This document shows positions 12,647-26,043 of a stretch of DNA of 64,000 bases, one piece after another. Position numbers and translations under genes: made by a program. The DNA lies in NCBI RefSeq assembly GCF_006345805.1, contig NC_043007.1:64046001-64110000 (forward strand), written 5' to 3'. A model generated the notes under the pieces. The model was given only the letters and a program-made list of their open reading frames with translations, was not told the origin of the DNA and searched no databases. Position 1 is the first letter of the stretch. Each line of letters opens with the position of its first letter. The stretch is from Octopus sinensis (lineage: Eukaryota).

Positions 12647-12689
12647 TTTCATTAATACATAACAAAATTAATAAACATCGTAATCATAA

Positions 12690-13066
12690 TCTTTTATCAT
12701 TTACTTCTTTCAGTCATTAGACTGTGGCCATGCTGGGGCACTGCTTTGAAGAATTTTTAGTCAAATGAATTGACCCCAGTACTTATGTTTTTTTTAAAAC
12801 CAGGTACTTACTCTATTGGTCACTTTTGCTGAACCACTAAGTCACAGGGACATAAACATACCAACACTGGTTGTCAAGTAGTGGTGGGGGACAAACACAA
12901 ACGTGCATGCACACACACAGAGATATGATGGGCTTTGTTCAATTTCCATCTACTAAATCCATTCACAAGGCTTTGGTTGGCTCAAGGATATAGTAGAAGG
13001 CACTTCCCCAAAGTGTCATGCAGTGGGACTGGACCCAGAACACTGTGATTGGGAAGCAATGCCTGC
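12690..13066 (-). mobile_element. SINE family A, near full-length
   Basis: Aligns by eye along its length with 3025-3430. Confidence 0.85.
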
Positions 13067-13442
13067 TCTTATATAATACTAGTTAATTACATGTGAATTG
13101 TAACTGTACACTTATATTACAAAACTTGAGTTCTAGTGAGAACTGGACCCAGCTAACAAACTCCAGTCTAGAACCTGATAAGATGCAGGATGACATTTGG
13201 GAATTTTTTCCACAATAAAGTGTGTATTTTATGAACCAGGAAATACAGTATTTCTCTATTCCTTAAGTACAAAGGAAACTTTGACCAATTCAAATGTAAT
13301 CATTTATTGTCATTCATTTGTTATTTCAAAGCTGTAATTACTTTTCTAAACTGACCCAAAAGAACATTAAAATGAAGCATTGAAAATTGCTTGAAATGTT
13401 GCATAGTTCATAGCCACTATACACATACACACACACACACAC

Positions 13443-13607
13443 AATGGAGTGGTTAGTGTTAGGAAAGGCATCCAGCTGTAGAAACCATGCCAGAACAGAC
13501 AATGGAGTCAAGTACAACCCTGGCCTTAGCAGCTCTGGTCAAACCGTCAAACCCATGCCAGCATGGAAAATGGATGTCAAATGATGATGATGATGATACA
13601 CACACAC
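13443..13607 (+). mobile_element. RTE-type LINE 3' tail ending in (GAT)n
   Basis: gttaggaaaggcatccagctgtagaaac...cccatgccagcatggaaaatggatgtcaaatgatgatgat. The same tail is attached to RT-coding remnants at 39288-39845. Confidence 0.75.
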
Positions 13608-13741
13608 AAACACACATTTGGTCTGCCTATCTAACTAGTGGTATGGTACCTTGTTTGAATGCTACATCAATGCAAGGAAGTACATTGTGAACAGCAGTGT
13701 ATAATATATAATAGTTTGGTTGATACTGTGACTTGTGCATG

Positions 13742-13915
13742 TGTGTAGTTAGAACCTTGCTTCCCAAACACATGGTTCTGAGTTCAGTTCCACTGCACAG
13801 CACTTTGGACAAGTGTAAGTACTGGGGGCTTAATTCATTTGACTAAAAATTCCTCAACATGGTGCCTTAGCATGGCTGCTGTCTAATGACTGAAACAAGT
13901 AAAAGATAAAAGATA
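13742..13915 (+). mobile_element. SINE family A, internally deleted
   Basis: A/B-box head joined directly to the gactgaaacaagtaaaagataaaaga tail. Confidence 0.75.
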
Positions 13916-14145
13916 TATCCAAAAATGCATGGCCTTTATTTCTCAATTTTTGAGGTCTATAATCAATTGAATTTGCCTCCTCTTAAATATTAATACTTAT
14001 TCTAATGACACAAGAATGACGTAGAGCAAAGTCAACATCAGTAAAGTTTAAATTTTTAATCTTTTGATCCATTGACAAGATAACAATTTTCTGGACTTTT
14101 GACTTCATCTTTACAATATATATTTTCAATATTTATATCTTCAGT

Positions 14146-14340
14146 AAGGCAGCAAGCAGACAAATTGCTTGGCTGCATTTTGTCTATCTTCACATTCTGA
14201 GTTCCCGTTCCACCGAGGTTGACTTTGCCTTTCATTTTTTCGAAGTTGATAAAATAAGCACCAGTTGAATAGCAGGGTCGATGTAATTGACTTACTCCCT
14301 TCCCCAAACTCCTTGGCCTTGTGCCAGAACTTAAAACCAA
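14146..14340 (+). mobile_element. SINE family B (~200-230 bp)
   Basis: ttctgagttc...gactttgcctttcat...gataaaataag(t/c)accagttga...gatgtaattgactta, repeated at least ten times in the window. Confidence 0.8.
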
Positions 14341-14634
14341 TATTTATATCTTCAGTATGGCTTAATCTCCAGTTTGGTCTCTAGTTGTCTTTAGGTGCCT
14401 TATTCCTGAATTGGCACATGGTTGTTGACTAGAATCTAACTAGGAATTTTGGTTTCTAAATTAAGGCTGGTATTTTCCTTATCCACTTGACCAGTGGCCA
14501 CTGGTAGAATTTTTATTCAGAAATGTATCAAACTAAAAAACATAAAGCATTGTTCTGATTTTCTATGCTCTGTGTTTATCCCATTTATTTTATGCAGTTC
14601 GTATGAAATTATTAAATTATAACATTTTCTTCAG

Positions 14635-14847
14635 GAAAGTCTTATTGTGTGCCTTGAAAGAAAGTTGCCTGTTCTAATAAAGAGAAGAAAGATCAAACTT
14701 ATAGTGTTGGATTCTGTTGCTGCTTTATTCCGTTCAGAGTATGCTATTGAAGATACATTACTGCGCTCCAAGCACTTGTCCAGCATCGCTAAAGAATTGC
14801 ATCACGTAAACATGCATTACAATATACCTGTAATGTGTGTAAATCAG
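14635..14847 (+). CDS. XRCC3: XRCC3 internal coding exon with Walker B (LIVLDSVAALFR), phase 0-0, 71 aa
   Basis: Acceptor ttttcttcAG at 14633-14634, donor GTgagc at 14848. ESLIVCLERKLPVLIKRRKIKLIVLDSVAALFRSEY...IPVMCVNQ is typical of RAD51-family/XRCC3 and joins the previous exon in frame. Confidence 0.95.
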
Positions 14848-15412
14848 GTGAGCATGAATTACTTATCTTTTCAGATTCTATTTTGTGTAACATTATGTTT
14901 CTGTATCCTTATTATTATCATCTAAATGCATACTTCATATACTTTCCACAAGATTGTACACATAAATATAAGGGGGAATCAAGATTACATAAATTAATAA
15001 AGGTTATTAGAATATATTCATTAAGGTTTTATAGCACTGTTCAAGATAAAAATCTTGGATTCCAATGACCAACAAATAACTGACAATATACATAAAGTAA
15101 TAAAATGTTTCTGAGATATTGTAAGGTCCATTTGACAATTAGTTCTTAACTTTGGTTTCATGGCATTAAGCTGGTGAGAGATACATCTCTCCCAAAACCA
15201 GACATCAGTTTATGACAAACAGCTTTCCTACATTATCTAGGGACTGTTACCCAATAGATATGTGAACTGAAGCTATGTAGAATAAAATGTCTTTCCTGGA
15301 ACTCAACAAAATTCCAGCAGTTTAATTTGAGTATACAAGCTATAAGTAGGTAATCTACTTGACCAGTTTATCTTAATTTATTTGGCCAGTTTATCTTAAT
15401 CACATACTTTAC

Positions 15413-15614
15413 TGTTATAGGGAATTAGTAATAATGATGCATCCCTCCCACATGACAAATGAAATAACCTAGTCTCTATAAATAAAGAGAAGTACATGAA
15501 GTACCGAGAGTACGTAGTAGGCGGTCAGAGATAGTCATATCTTTACTGGTTTTACTAAGTATACTGGATACCGAAGTCGGCATTATAACAATCCAACATG
15601 TTAAGGCTGTAACA
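15413..15614 (+). repeat. 5' LTR of the Gypsy element
   Basis: Direct repeat of 18151-18344, about 80-85% identical by eye. Confidence 0.88.
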
Positions 15615-18150
15615 GTGGTGACAAGGATTTAAACAACTCAAGAGGAATTAATGAACTCAATGAGGATTTTAACAACTCACAAGGAATTAACAACTCACGA
15701 GGGGTTAACAAACTCACAAAAGTTTTTGTTGTGTGAATTTTACGAAAATAAATCATAAAATTATGGAAAATTTGTTGGCCAGTTTGCTCAAGTTGCAAAA
15801 ACGGCAACAACAGCTGAATCAACAACACCACCAACAACAACTGAAAGAACAACAGCAGCAGATACAGTTGCAAGAGCAACAACAAAAGTAACAACAACAA
15901 CAAATAATATTACAGCAACAAATGCTGCAATTAAGTCATCAGGAAAATTAGAAAACGTGTCCTTGACAGACTATGTCACAAACTCCATAACAGAGTTCAA
16001 ATATGAACCTGACAAAGGAGTTACCTTCAAAGCATACAACAGAAGATATGAGAAAATCTTCAAGAAAGAATGTAAAGATTGGGATGACGAGATGAAAACA
16101 CTTAATCTTGAGAAAACTGGCAGCAACAGAACATGAACAATACAGTAATTATGTACTCCCTAGAAAAACTTCAGACATAAACTTTAATGACACAATAGAT
16201 ATATTGTGTAAAATTTTCAGTGAAAAAGCTCATTCTTCAACACACATTGAAAGTATCTGAACATAGAGAAAAACAACAATGAGGACTACATCGCATATAG
16301 TGGTAGAGTTAACAGGGAATGCAAGAAGTTTAAGCTGGATGAATTAATGTCAAATATGTTCAAATGCCTGATTTTTACATGGGGACTTACTGCCAGAAGG
16401 GATGCAGAAGTTAGAACTAGAATTCTCGCAAAACTGGAACAAAACCAGGATGTAACCGAGCAGCAAGTATCAGAAGAATGTGAAAGGATAGTCAAATTAA
16501 GACACGACACAGAGAAAATTGAATGTAAAGAGTGTTTCCAAGTAAAGCAATAGTCAGAATAGAGATAAATTGTTTTCTAAAAAATACAACAAAATTCAGG
16601 AAATAAACCTATATTTTCCATGTGGAGGTATACACCAGAGGAAAAATTGTCCATTTAAAAAAGCAGAGTGCTTTTGTTGTTGTAATGTAGGACATATAAA
16701 GATGCACTGTAGAATGAAGATGACAAAATGTCAGAACAAAGGATAAATAGTATGTCATCAGAAGAAATTGGTAACATAACTATGAGAAATTCATGAAGGT
16801 GAAAATCAGAAATATAATTGTTCAAATGAAATTAGACACTGGAAGTGATATCACCATTATAAATTAAAAAGATCTTGGAAATATGTTAAGCCAAAATTAA
16901 TTAAATCGGAAAAGGTAGTACATGGTGTTATGGGAAAAAGATTATATTTTTTTAGTGAATTCGTATGAGGTCAAGCAAAAACATTTTGAGGTCAAACAAA
17001 AAAAGGCAAAGATATATGTGTTAAAAAGTTTGCTTAATTTATTGGGCACAGAATGGATGGAACTATTCAAAGTACAGAATATGCCCATAAGTGTTTTGTG
17101 TAGAAATATAGTCAGTTCAATCGAAGGTTCGAATGTGGCTGAGGGACTGAAACAAAAAATTGCAGTAAAACAGAGTGGAACACTTGTATGTAAGCCAAAA
17201 TGAAATGAAAAATTGCCTGTGATAAAAAGTAGATGTTCCGTGGTCAAGACTACACATCGATTTTGTTGGTCCTTTAAATGGTTCTTACTACTTAGTGATA
17301 GTTGATAGCTTCTCAAAATGGCCAGGAATTTGTAAGTATAAAAAACCAACCTCCTCAACTGTGATAAATTTTTTACATGAATTGTTTGCAAGATTTGCCA
17401 TCCCAGACAAGATAGCATCTGACAATGGAATACAATTTGTGTCTAGTGAATTTTAAAAATTTTGTGAAATGTTTGTGGTAGACCATATAACTAGAGCACC
17501 ATACCATCCCAAATCTAATGGACTGGCGGAGCACTTTGTTAATACCTTCAAAAGAGCCCTTAGAAAATCGAATAAGGAAGTCACAGATGAGATAGCTCTA
17601 CAACAATTTTTAAGAGTGCAACGTGTGACACCAAATCTGTGCTGGTGTTTCTGAGATAATTAAACTCAGTCTTTGATAAATTGCTACCTGGCCAGAAAAG
17701 AAAATGTACCAGGAAAGACATAGCAAGATTCTTTAAAGTTGGTGATAAGGTGTATATGAGGGCATACAAGAATGGAAAGCAGAGTTGAGAAGATGGCATA
17801 ATTATCAAATGCAGAGTTAAAATGATGTATTGGGTAAAAAATAGAAAAGGCGTCCAAAAGAGACACAGGAACCAACTGAAAAAGAGATTTGTGGAAAACG
17901 AACAAAAGAAGTTGGAGGAACTGATGGAATGGTTGTACGATACATTCTAAGTACCAATGCCACTGCAGGTGATTGAACCCAGGCGTACAAGTGAGAGGAA
18001 AAGAAAACATACAGAGTTCCTGAAAATAGATGCCAAACGAAAAAATATTAAATTGTACAGAAAAAAAAACTCAAAAAAGGGAGATGGAGTGAATAAAAAA
18101 ACTATTGCTCAATAAAATAACACTTCCTAAGAAAAACTTAAAAGGGGAGA

Positions 18151-18344
18151 TGTTGTAAGGAATAATGGTACACCTCTCCCACATGATGAATGGAATAACC
18201 TAGTTACTATAAGTAAAGAGAAGTATGTGAAGTACCTGAATACATAGTAGGTGGTCAGAAGTAGTTGTGTCTTTACTGATTTTACTAAATATACTGTATA
18301 CTGAAGTGGGCATTATAACAATCCAACATTTTAAGGATATAACA
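18151..18344 (+). repeat. 3' LTR of the Gypsy element
   Basis: Follows the polypurine tract; tgttgta...tataaca. Confidence 0.88.
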
Positions 18345-21074
18345 TATACATAAACATTTTTCTAATTTTATTTTAATTAAACTAAATGCACTTCAATTAC
18401 AGTCAGATAAAGGTACTTTCTGAAACAGCATTAAACAGAATAACTCATACATATACCATCACTATCTGCAATCTTCAATTTTATTACATATGCTAGAAGC
18501 AATCAACTTTACAAATTTTTTTTACACATGATAATGCTTAGATTTGCAAAACAGCTGTCTGCAATAACATGTATACTCATACAAGCAACAAACTTGATTT
18601 ACAAATTTTCAAGCACACATCACAATTATCAAGTATTCTAAATGTACCTATATTGGTATAACTTACACAAATCTCAATGGACTCCTTTTCATAATGCTGC
18701 AGGGAGATTCACCTTACACATACCAAATTAGGCTGATAGAATTTCTGTAATAATACTGCAATCCCCCTCCCTACTCCACTTTAACTAAAAAATGAAAATC
18801 AATGTAAACTTTTGGAAACTTTCTCATTAAATTAGTAAATCTTTTCTCAACAGAAACATCCATCAACGGACAACAGTTCTAGTTATGCAACAGTGACACA
18901 TGTATATTCAGAGACACTTCAAATATAACAGTCTAATAAATCACATTACCCACTCAGTACTTTATTGTAACTTGATGTTGTCATACGTTATATAACACTG
19001 TTGCTATCCAGGATCAAATTTTTTGTCAAAATACTCCTATGTGTGTTTGTGTATGTATGTAAAGCATACATGCATTTGAATGTATGTAAGCATGAGTGTA
19101 TTTGTGTGTACATATGTGTGTGTGTGTTAATTATTTAAGTTTATGTGTGTTGTATACATGTGAATACACGTATAATTTATAGATAATAGAAATTTTGTAT
19201 ACTTGAGTGTATGCATGCACACGCTTGTGTGTGTATGATATGTAAGATGTGTGGTGTTTGATGTATGCTTATGTCAATGTTTGTAGAAAGTTTCTATTGT
19301 TCTAAAAGTTCCTGTAATGATTAACTGATGAGTAAGTCTCCAGTGTGTGACTGTTAAATAAAATTTCTCCTGTGACACAAAAGAAATAGTGGACTGACTG
19401 TGTGAAAAAAAAAGTTTTCTTTTTGTTTTTTCAATTTAGTTTATATCATTTGCTTTTTTCATTCTTTTTAGCTGGAGAATTTTCAATAAAATTTCCCCCA
19501 GAAACAATAGCATTGTTAGTATGTCAAGGCTGTTAGTTTTACCTGTAGCTATGATAGAATTTACTAATTGTCACAGTTTTGACAGCGTAATTAGCAATGT
19601 TCCTCTACTGGTTATTGTTGTGTTTTTTTTATTCCCGGGGTGGGGGGAGGGGGGTCAGCTGCTGACACCAAATTTGTGGAAGTATAATAATAATTTATAA
19701 ATCAACAAAACATCTAGAACATTGGGTTAAAGAAGAGTGGCAATGGGCGCAATGAATAAGGTGTTTGTCAACTGAAGAGCTGTGTGTTTGTATGCTGTCA
19801 AAAGTGCTCTTGTTGTTGTTGCAAACAGCTTTATGGAATAGTAATACATGAATTATAGAAGTGTGATGGCCTTGAAATATTGTGGTATTTCTTTGTGTAC
19901 GTCTCCATGTGTATGTGTGGAGAGAAAGAGAGAGAGAGAGAGAGAGAGCCTGTGAACCATATAATATAGGGAATGTAGTGTTACTGTTGTTGTTCAGTCC
20001 CAGATTAATCTTCATTGAGCAGGACTATGATCAAAAGCATTCCAGCCTTAACCACCCTATCATTTTGAACAACTGAAATAACATTGTCTAGTAATGTATG
20101 ATTTGGTGGCAGTTTGGTTGTTATTTCTAGCAGGTCAAACAACCACATATAGACTATTTATAGTATTGTTTTGTTTGGTGTTGTATATTGTAATAGTGTA
20201 TAAAATATAAAACTATGTAGGGTTTGGACTGTATGCCTCAAGGCCACAACTTATTTCAAAATTGACTATTTGTCCTTTTGTTTTTGTTTTTCTTTTTACT
20301 CAATTCTTGCACTTATTATATGGTGGTATAATGACCATTGCCCAATGACAGGAGCTCTGCTGTACCCTGAGAAAATCAATAGCATTACCTGTGCTACAAG
20401 TTTGGTGATCATTATCATGAATGCAATATTGGTGGTCACTGCAATGTGTGTAGCTGTTTTTTAAATTATGGTCAAAATATAGTTGTTTAAGTAACTTAGC
20501 AGTGGCTTCAGTAACACAGTTAACATTACTGTGTTGTGCTCTAAGCACTAAACGTTTCATTCATTCTTTACTAAGAAGAAGATTGGTGTGAAACAGAACA
20601 GCTTGATAGAAAGATTCAGTGATGGACTGCTGGAATTAGCTTATAATTTGAGAGATTGCATTACAAAATCATATCTTTTTTTTGTGCAACAGTTGTGTTT
20701 GAGATTTTGTACACTGGTGCACCTGGTCTTCATATAGTTAGTTGACTAGAATAACCTGAAGTGACTTCTTCTTCCCTCCACACTTCTGTTTGGAGCTAAA
20801 CTCAATACCACAGTGATAATTTTGTTAATTCTGATTTTACCAAACAGCCACTACCTCCAGCAGTGAACCAACTATACCACACACAACTGAAGTTGTGTAT
20901 GGCATAACTGGTTCACTGTTGGAGATAGGTGACTCAGAGTGAGGTGAACATTATGAGTTATATGCCTTGACCAGAGATATAATTGTAGCAGCAATGGCTT
21001 ACAAACTGCTGTACCATATCAACATGGCATATTGAATAATTAAAGTATATGAGGATAAAGAATCAGAAGAATAT

Positions 21075-21293
21075 CTATTTGTGCATTTAAACTAGCCATA
21101 TCCAACCAAAATATTCTGCTTCTTTTGTGTTCAAACTGGTCAGATCCAACATCTCATACCTGCTCTATAATGTCATAGTAAAAATAAACAATCACATTAT
21201 TGAAATCTTGAAACCACAAGATGATTAATTCAAGATAGAGTGACTAAATAAGCATTACGTTTAACAAAGTAATCTGAATGCTAAAGGATTAAA
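21075..21293. mobile_element. piggyBac-type MITE remnant
   Basis: Ends gaatgctaaaggaTTAA; left end degenerate. Confidence 0.4.
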
Positions 21294-21499
21294 TAGATTT
21301 TCGTATATAAAAATTGCTTACATCTTCTGAATTTTTGTAACTATAAAGTTACCATGTTAAATATATTTCATAGTTAATCTGAATCTTTAAAAAAAATGTG
21401 ACCTTTCTGAGGCCAACCCTTCCAAGACTACCCCTGGTGCCATAAAATATAAAATTATCCAAACTTAACTCTTCCATCAATATTTCATGTTAATTTATG

Positions 21500-22650
21500 T
21501 TTCAAACACTAGCTGATGTCTTGCAAACAACTTGCACATGCAAGTGCTACCAGTCAAGAACTCTGCATACCAGAAGCCAGTAAGTGTATGGGGTCATCAG
21601 GAGAGAATGCATGCCATTTCGGGTCCTACCTCTTGACAGCATCAATGCGCACAAGCTCCCCTCACTTATATGAGGCCCCACTTGCTAGATCAACTGGTTA
21701 TTAAATATAGCTCAATATTTCTCTAGCCATCGCTCATCGTCTCTTTTTAACCTAGTCTAGTGGCTAGCCTTTTCCACTGTAGTCTGGGTATTGGTCATGG
21801 TGGTATTTACCTTACGATGAGTTAGGCCTAATGATAACAACAGTCGTCTCACACTCTGTCCAACAAATTCTCTACATCTGACTTCGATTGGAAAATTCTC
21901 TGCTTTCCAGCCTGCTTCTTCACATTCCTCAAGGAGGTTTACATAACGGTCAACCTCTCGAGCCCAAATGGCATCCATGTTATCTTCATGAGGAACCATT
22001 AACTCAACTAGATTTACAACTTTCTTTCCTTCACACCACATTAAAATGTTTGTTTTTCTCATAACTGGGATGGAAAAGAGTCCTTGGCACCCTGGTAAAT
22101 CTGCAGTCACCTCCCAATAGCCATTCTACTTTTCATCTCACACAGGAAGTTTTTTTCTTCTTCTTGAAACGAATCTGGTGACTTGAGCGCACGAAGGTAA
22201 TGAAATCTCTAGTTGGTACTTTCAACGGTTTTTTTCTCACTGTTGTTGAGATCAATTTGGTTCTTTATGGCATTGAAGATAACATTAAGGATGAGGTTGT
22301 GTCTCCATGTATACCTGTTCAATGCTAATGAACAGTTGGAAAGAATATGTTTCAGTGTTCCGACTTTTCTGCATTTGCATGTGTCATTCTCTGAGACATT
22401 CCATCTTACTAGATTTGTAGGTGATAGCAAAACATCATAGGATGAACGAATCAGAAAACTTAGCCAAGATGTGGTCCACTTCCATATCTCATACCAACTT
22501 TACCTCTCAACATGTTCTTCCCATCTCGTTATCTGTCCTTGTTGAATACATCGGATCAAATGAAGCTCTCTTCTCTCTGCTTCCCCTGCTTTGACGCTGT
22601 TGCTAACAACAGATCTGCGTTTGCTCCACATCATACTCGCAAACGGTTTG
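21500..22650 (-). mobile_element. HERO/R2-like non-LTR retrotransposon 3' part (CCHC zinc knuckle, restriction-like endonuclease, 3' UTR)
   Basis: LIRSSYDVLLSPTNLVRW...CKCRKVGTLKHILSNC...RYTWRHN and VELMVPHEDN...RYVNLLEECEEAGW...PIEVRCREFVG. Confidence 0.85.
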
Positions 22651-22826
22651 AATGAAGTTATTTTACAAAGTGTTTCATTATTTTAAAAATTAATTGAAAC
22701 AAAATCAGTATATTACAACAAAAATATGGTAACAAAAGTCTTAAGTCTGCAACATTAACATTTTAAGAATAAAAAAATATATATCAGTCTAAAAGTTTAC
22801 AATTTTTTTACTTATTTCTCTTGCAG

Positions 22827-23084
22827 GTAACAGCATCAGAAAAATCAAACAGTAACATTCCTTGCTTGGGCCTGTCTTGGGCCAATCATTTAACAACACG
22901 CATTCAGTTGACCAAAGTTGAACAAACTGCTCTGCCTCCAAGTGTTATTGAACTGTTTGGTCCACATGTGAGCTTCCGAAATCTTGAAGTTGTATTTGCT
23001 CCACATATCCCACAGACAGTAATCCCTTATATCATCAACAATGATGGTGTAAAAGGAATCAGCTTGTCTAACATACTGATGTAG
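22827..23084 (+). CDS. XRCC3: XRCC3 terminal coding exon, stop TAG 23082-23084
   Basis: Acceptor cttatttctcttgcAG at 22825-22826. VTASEK...IPCLGLSWANHLTTR...RNLEVVFAPHIP...YIINNDGVKG matches the XRCC3 C-terminus (PALGITWAN...RTLRVLSAPHLP...GVRG as recalled). Confidence 0.93.
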   Translation, partial: VTASEKSNSNIPCLGLSWANHLTTRIQLTKVEQTALPPSVIELFGPHVSFRNLEVVFAPHIPQTVIPYIINNDGVKGISLSNILM

Positions 23085-23572
23085 TCATCAGAAACGACTT
23101 TGTTCATATAAAATGCCATAAATTACTAAATGCCACTAAATTAAATGTTGCCAAAGTTCTTGGATCCAAAGAAGTTGTCTTGAAATGTTAATTATATAGT
23201 TGTAATAGATGTTACTTATGAAATATTAATTACCCTCTTTCATTTATAATGGATATTATTTTGAAACTAGCTACTATTTTCAATGCATAATCTCTTTTAC
23301 AACTAACTTTATGGTTTTTGGCAGCAATACGTAATGGCTTCGTGTGTGTGAGTGTAACTTGTAAAACTACTGTCAGTGAGTTAGCCATTTCAAGGACACA
23401 ACTTGTGCCACAGATTACTTTTATATTCATAAATAACTACTCTATCTTTAAATCATATCAAGTAATTAATATTTTTGCAATTCAATGCTTCTGACAACGC
23501 TGTATAATTGCTACTGTGCCTAAGTATTCATCTTAAATCTTTTAAGTAAACTAGTAAGCTACAAAAACTATC

Positions 23573-23578
23573 AATAAA
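23573..23578 (+). terminator. Candidate polyadenylation signal of XRCC3
   Basis: AATAAA about 490 nt after the stop codon. The DNA is AT-rich, so other hexamers are equally possible. Confidence 0.3.
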
Positions 23579-24831
23579 TATAAAGATGCAGTATTTATTT
23601 GGAACTAGATATTTTTAGTGATTTTTCCAGTTGTAAGATGTTCTAAACTTGAAAGCTTAAAAATACCTAAAACTCTTATAAAAGATCATTTTATAAGCAT
23701 CAACTGTAAAGATTTATCTGTATTACTGCACTTATGAGAAATAGATTGGAATAAATTGAATTAATCATAAATTATTCAGAAAAATATCTTCCTAAAAAAG
23801 TAATCAGTTTTATCTCTCAAAATAAATACTGACAAACAATATTGCTTCCCAAAAATATTAACCTAAACTTCTTTGGTTTTAGTCTTTGGCACATAAATTC
23901 ACTGAATATTAATTTGTTTGATAAATTAAACTTGATTCTTCCAATAATCTGAGGGTAATGCGATAGAATCAGTATGCTTTAAGTTATATTCACTGCACAT
24001 GACTAAGCAACTAGTGACTGTTAGGACTTGTTCTTGCAGGCAGGGAATTTATGACAGTTTATTTGTTTTTTGCTATTGTATTTTCAAAACTTTCTTTCTT
24101 TCCATTTTTAAATCAATTTTCTTATTTATATGTCTTATAATACCTAGGAACAGCTGCTCTCACAAAATGGGTTGTGTTAACTACCTTAATTACTTTCTAA
24201 ATCTCAAGTTGTGTCCACTGCTTGTTGTATATGAATGACTAAGCAATGGTTTTACTTAAGTTCTACTTTGGCAAATAAGTTCTACTTTGTCTTTCTTTAG
24301 TTGACAAAGAGTTTTTTTTTACTAATTTATATATGTATATATTTAAAATGTTACATTAAATTATTTTTGTATTTTAACCTTTACAATTATTTCAACTTTG
24401 TTGCCTATGTGAAAATGAACTTGGTTACAGAATTATGGATGTTTAGACATTAGATATTTCAAACACTAGTACAATGCAACAACAATTACATGTAGTAGTG
24501 TATAATCACAAGTTCTCCATTCTGTGACCCATATGATGGAGAATGTGTGTGTGTGTAACAAAGATATATCTTGGTTGACAGAAGAACAAAAGTCTGTGAA
24601 GTTCCAAATATAAAATGTTTATTACCACTAATAAAAAATGTATTGTAATTGCACTGAACAACAGAAAAACGATATGTACATCAAGTGAGTTGATTCATGT
24701 TTCGTTATATGTTGATAATCATTGCAAACAGCTGAAGTCATCACTTTCCATAGCTAAAGTTGGGTAGCATAGGTTCCTACAGCCATTAGTCTTGGCTGTG
24801 TTACCACCACTGATCAGTTACAGGCACATCA

Positions 24832-24884
<53 letters not shown>

Positions 24885-26043
24885 CTAAGGTCTGTCAAAA
24901 AAAATGCACCAAAGACAAAATTGTTCATGATAATCCTATATGTTGTTTTTTTTTACAGTTGGGATCTGATAAATTAAGCATCAGTTGGTTCTGTTGTTTT
25001 CACTAGTCACCAATCTTCTGATAAAAAATATGGTCCTGCTACAGGACTTCCCAACAAGGGAAATGACTGGTAAGGGTGAATTGAATGAAAATGAGAAAAG
25101 TGAAGGTAGTGTAAAATATGAAGTGTGTACAGGAATATGTATTACAATGCTTAAATGTAGGGGTAGGAGCACTGGTTAAATTGCATAGATGTTAACAGAA
25201 GCAGGTAACATAAGAGATGCAGGATGAGTGCACATACTTGGCTTGGTGGCAGGCAATGAATAAAGAATGTTACACAGAGGGAATAAAAAGGACAAAGTAG
25301 TTAGAGAGAGAGAATAAAAGTGCAACAGTACAGAACAGTATAATAGAGCATAAAAGATAAAGTAGAAATAAAATATAGAAGCTATAAAAGAAATAAAAGT
25401 TATGTAGAGGGAGTAAAAGGGAGAGGGAAAAGAGAGTGAGTAAGGGAAAAGGTGATGGGTAGAGAAGAGAGAGTGTAGGAGAGAAATTGATAGGTAGAGG
25501 AGAGAAAAAGTGTAGTGGAAAAGGTAATAGGTGGAGGAAGGGAGGCAGTCAATTATAATGTATTATGAAAGAAATTAAAGCATATCATATTTGAAAAGAT
25601 ATTTGAAAACCAATGAAAACTGTGTAATAATGATGTGACTCATCAATCGAAAAGGTAAAACAATTTTAAGTGTAAAACAATGTTTATATTCATCTCTATG
25701 TTTACGTTTATGTTTGTATTAAATGTAAACAGAAAAATACATTTGTATTAGATAAAGTAAGACCAAATATGGACACACTCAAAAATGTCTGTATGTGAAG
25801 GCAGACACATACATGCTCACAATACTACACAAATATATACATACAATGTGCAAAAATACTGATTTTAAAGTAATAAATAGTTTTCTCTTGGAAATTAGTA
25901 TTCATTTCATCATTTTGTATAAGTACCAAGAAATTTGATAGAAGTCAAATTATAATTACTGTATGCTTGCCATATTTCCTGATATTACACATGGTGGAAA
26001 AAGTTTACTTCCAAAGTTATCTGCCATATAAGGGGTCACACTC

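Larger units (their letters stand above)
15413..18344 (+). mobile_element. Gypsy/Ty3-type LTR retrotransposon, degenerate, RT-RNase H deleted
   Basis: Two TG...CA LTRs, PBS-like gtggtgacaagg at 15615, PPT aaaaggggaga at 18140-18150. Gag and zinc-knuckle remnant, protease KLDTGSDIT-like remnant, integrase VPWSRLHIDFVGPLNGSYYLVIVDSFSKWP and RAPYHPKSNGLAEHFV. Flanks tttac/tatac. Confidence 0.92.

Noticed and set aside
15625-15720. CRISPR-like array
   Set aside because: Degenerate ~20-bp tandem units without spacers, inside a Gypsy leader in a eukaryotic genome.
21586-21651. Hammerhead in the HERO-like 3' UTR
   Set aside because: GAAA and CTGATGA are both present on minus, but stems II and III cannot be closed in any standard permutation.
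24959-25068. Coding exon between a good acceptor and a GTAAGG donor
   Set aside because: Stop codons in all three frames.
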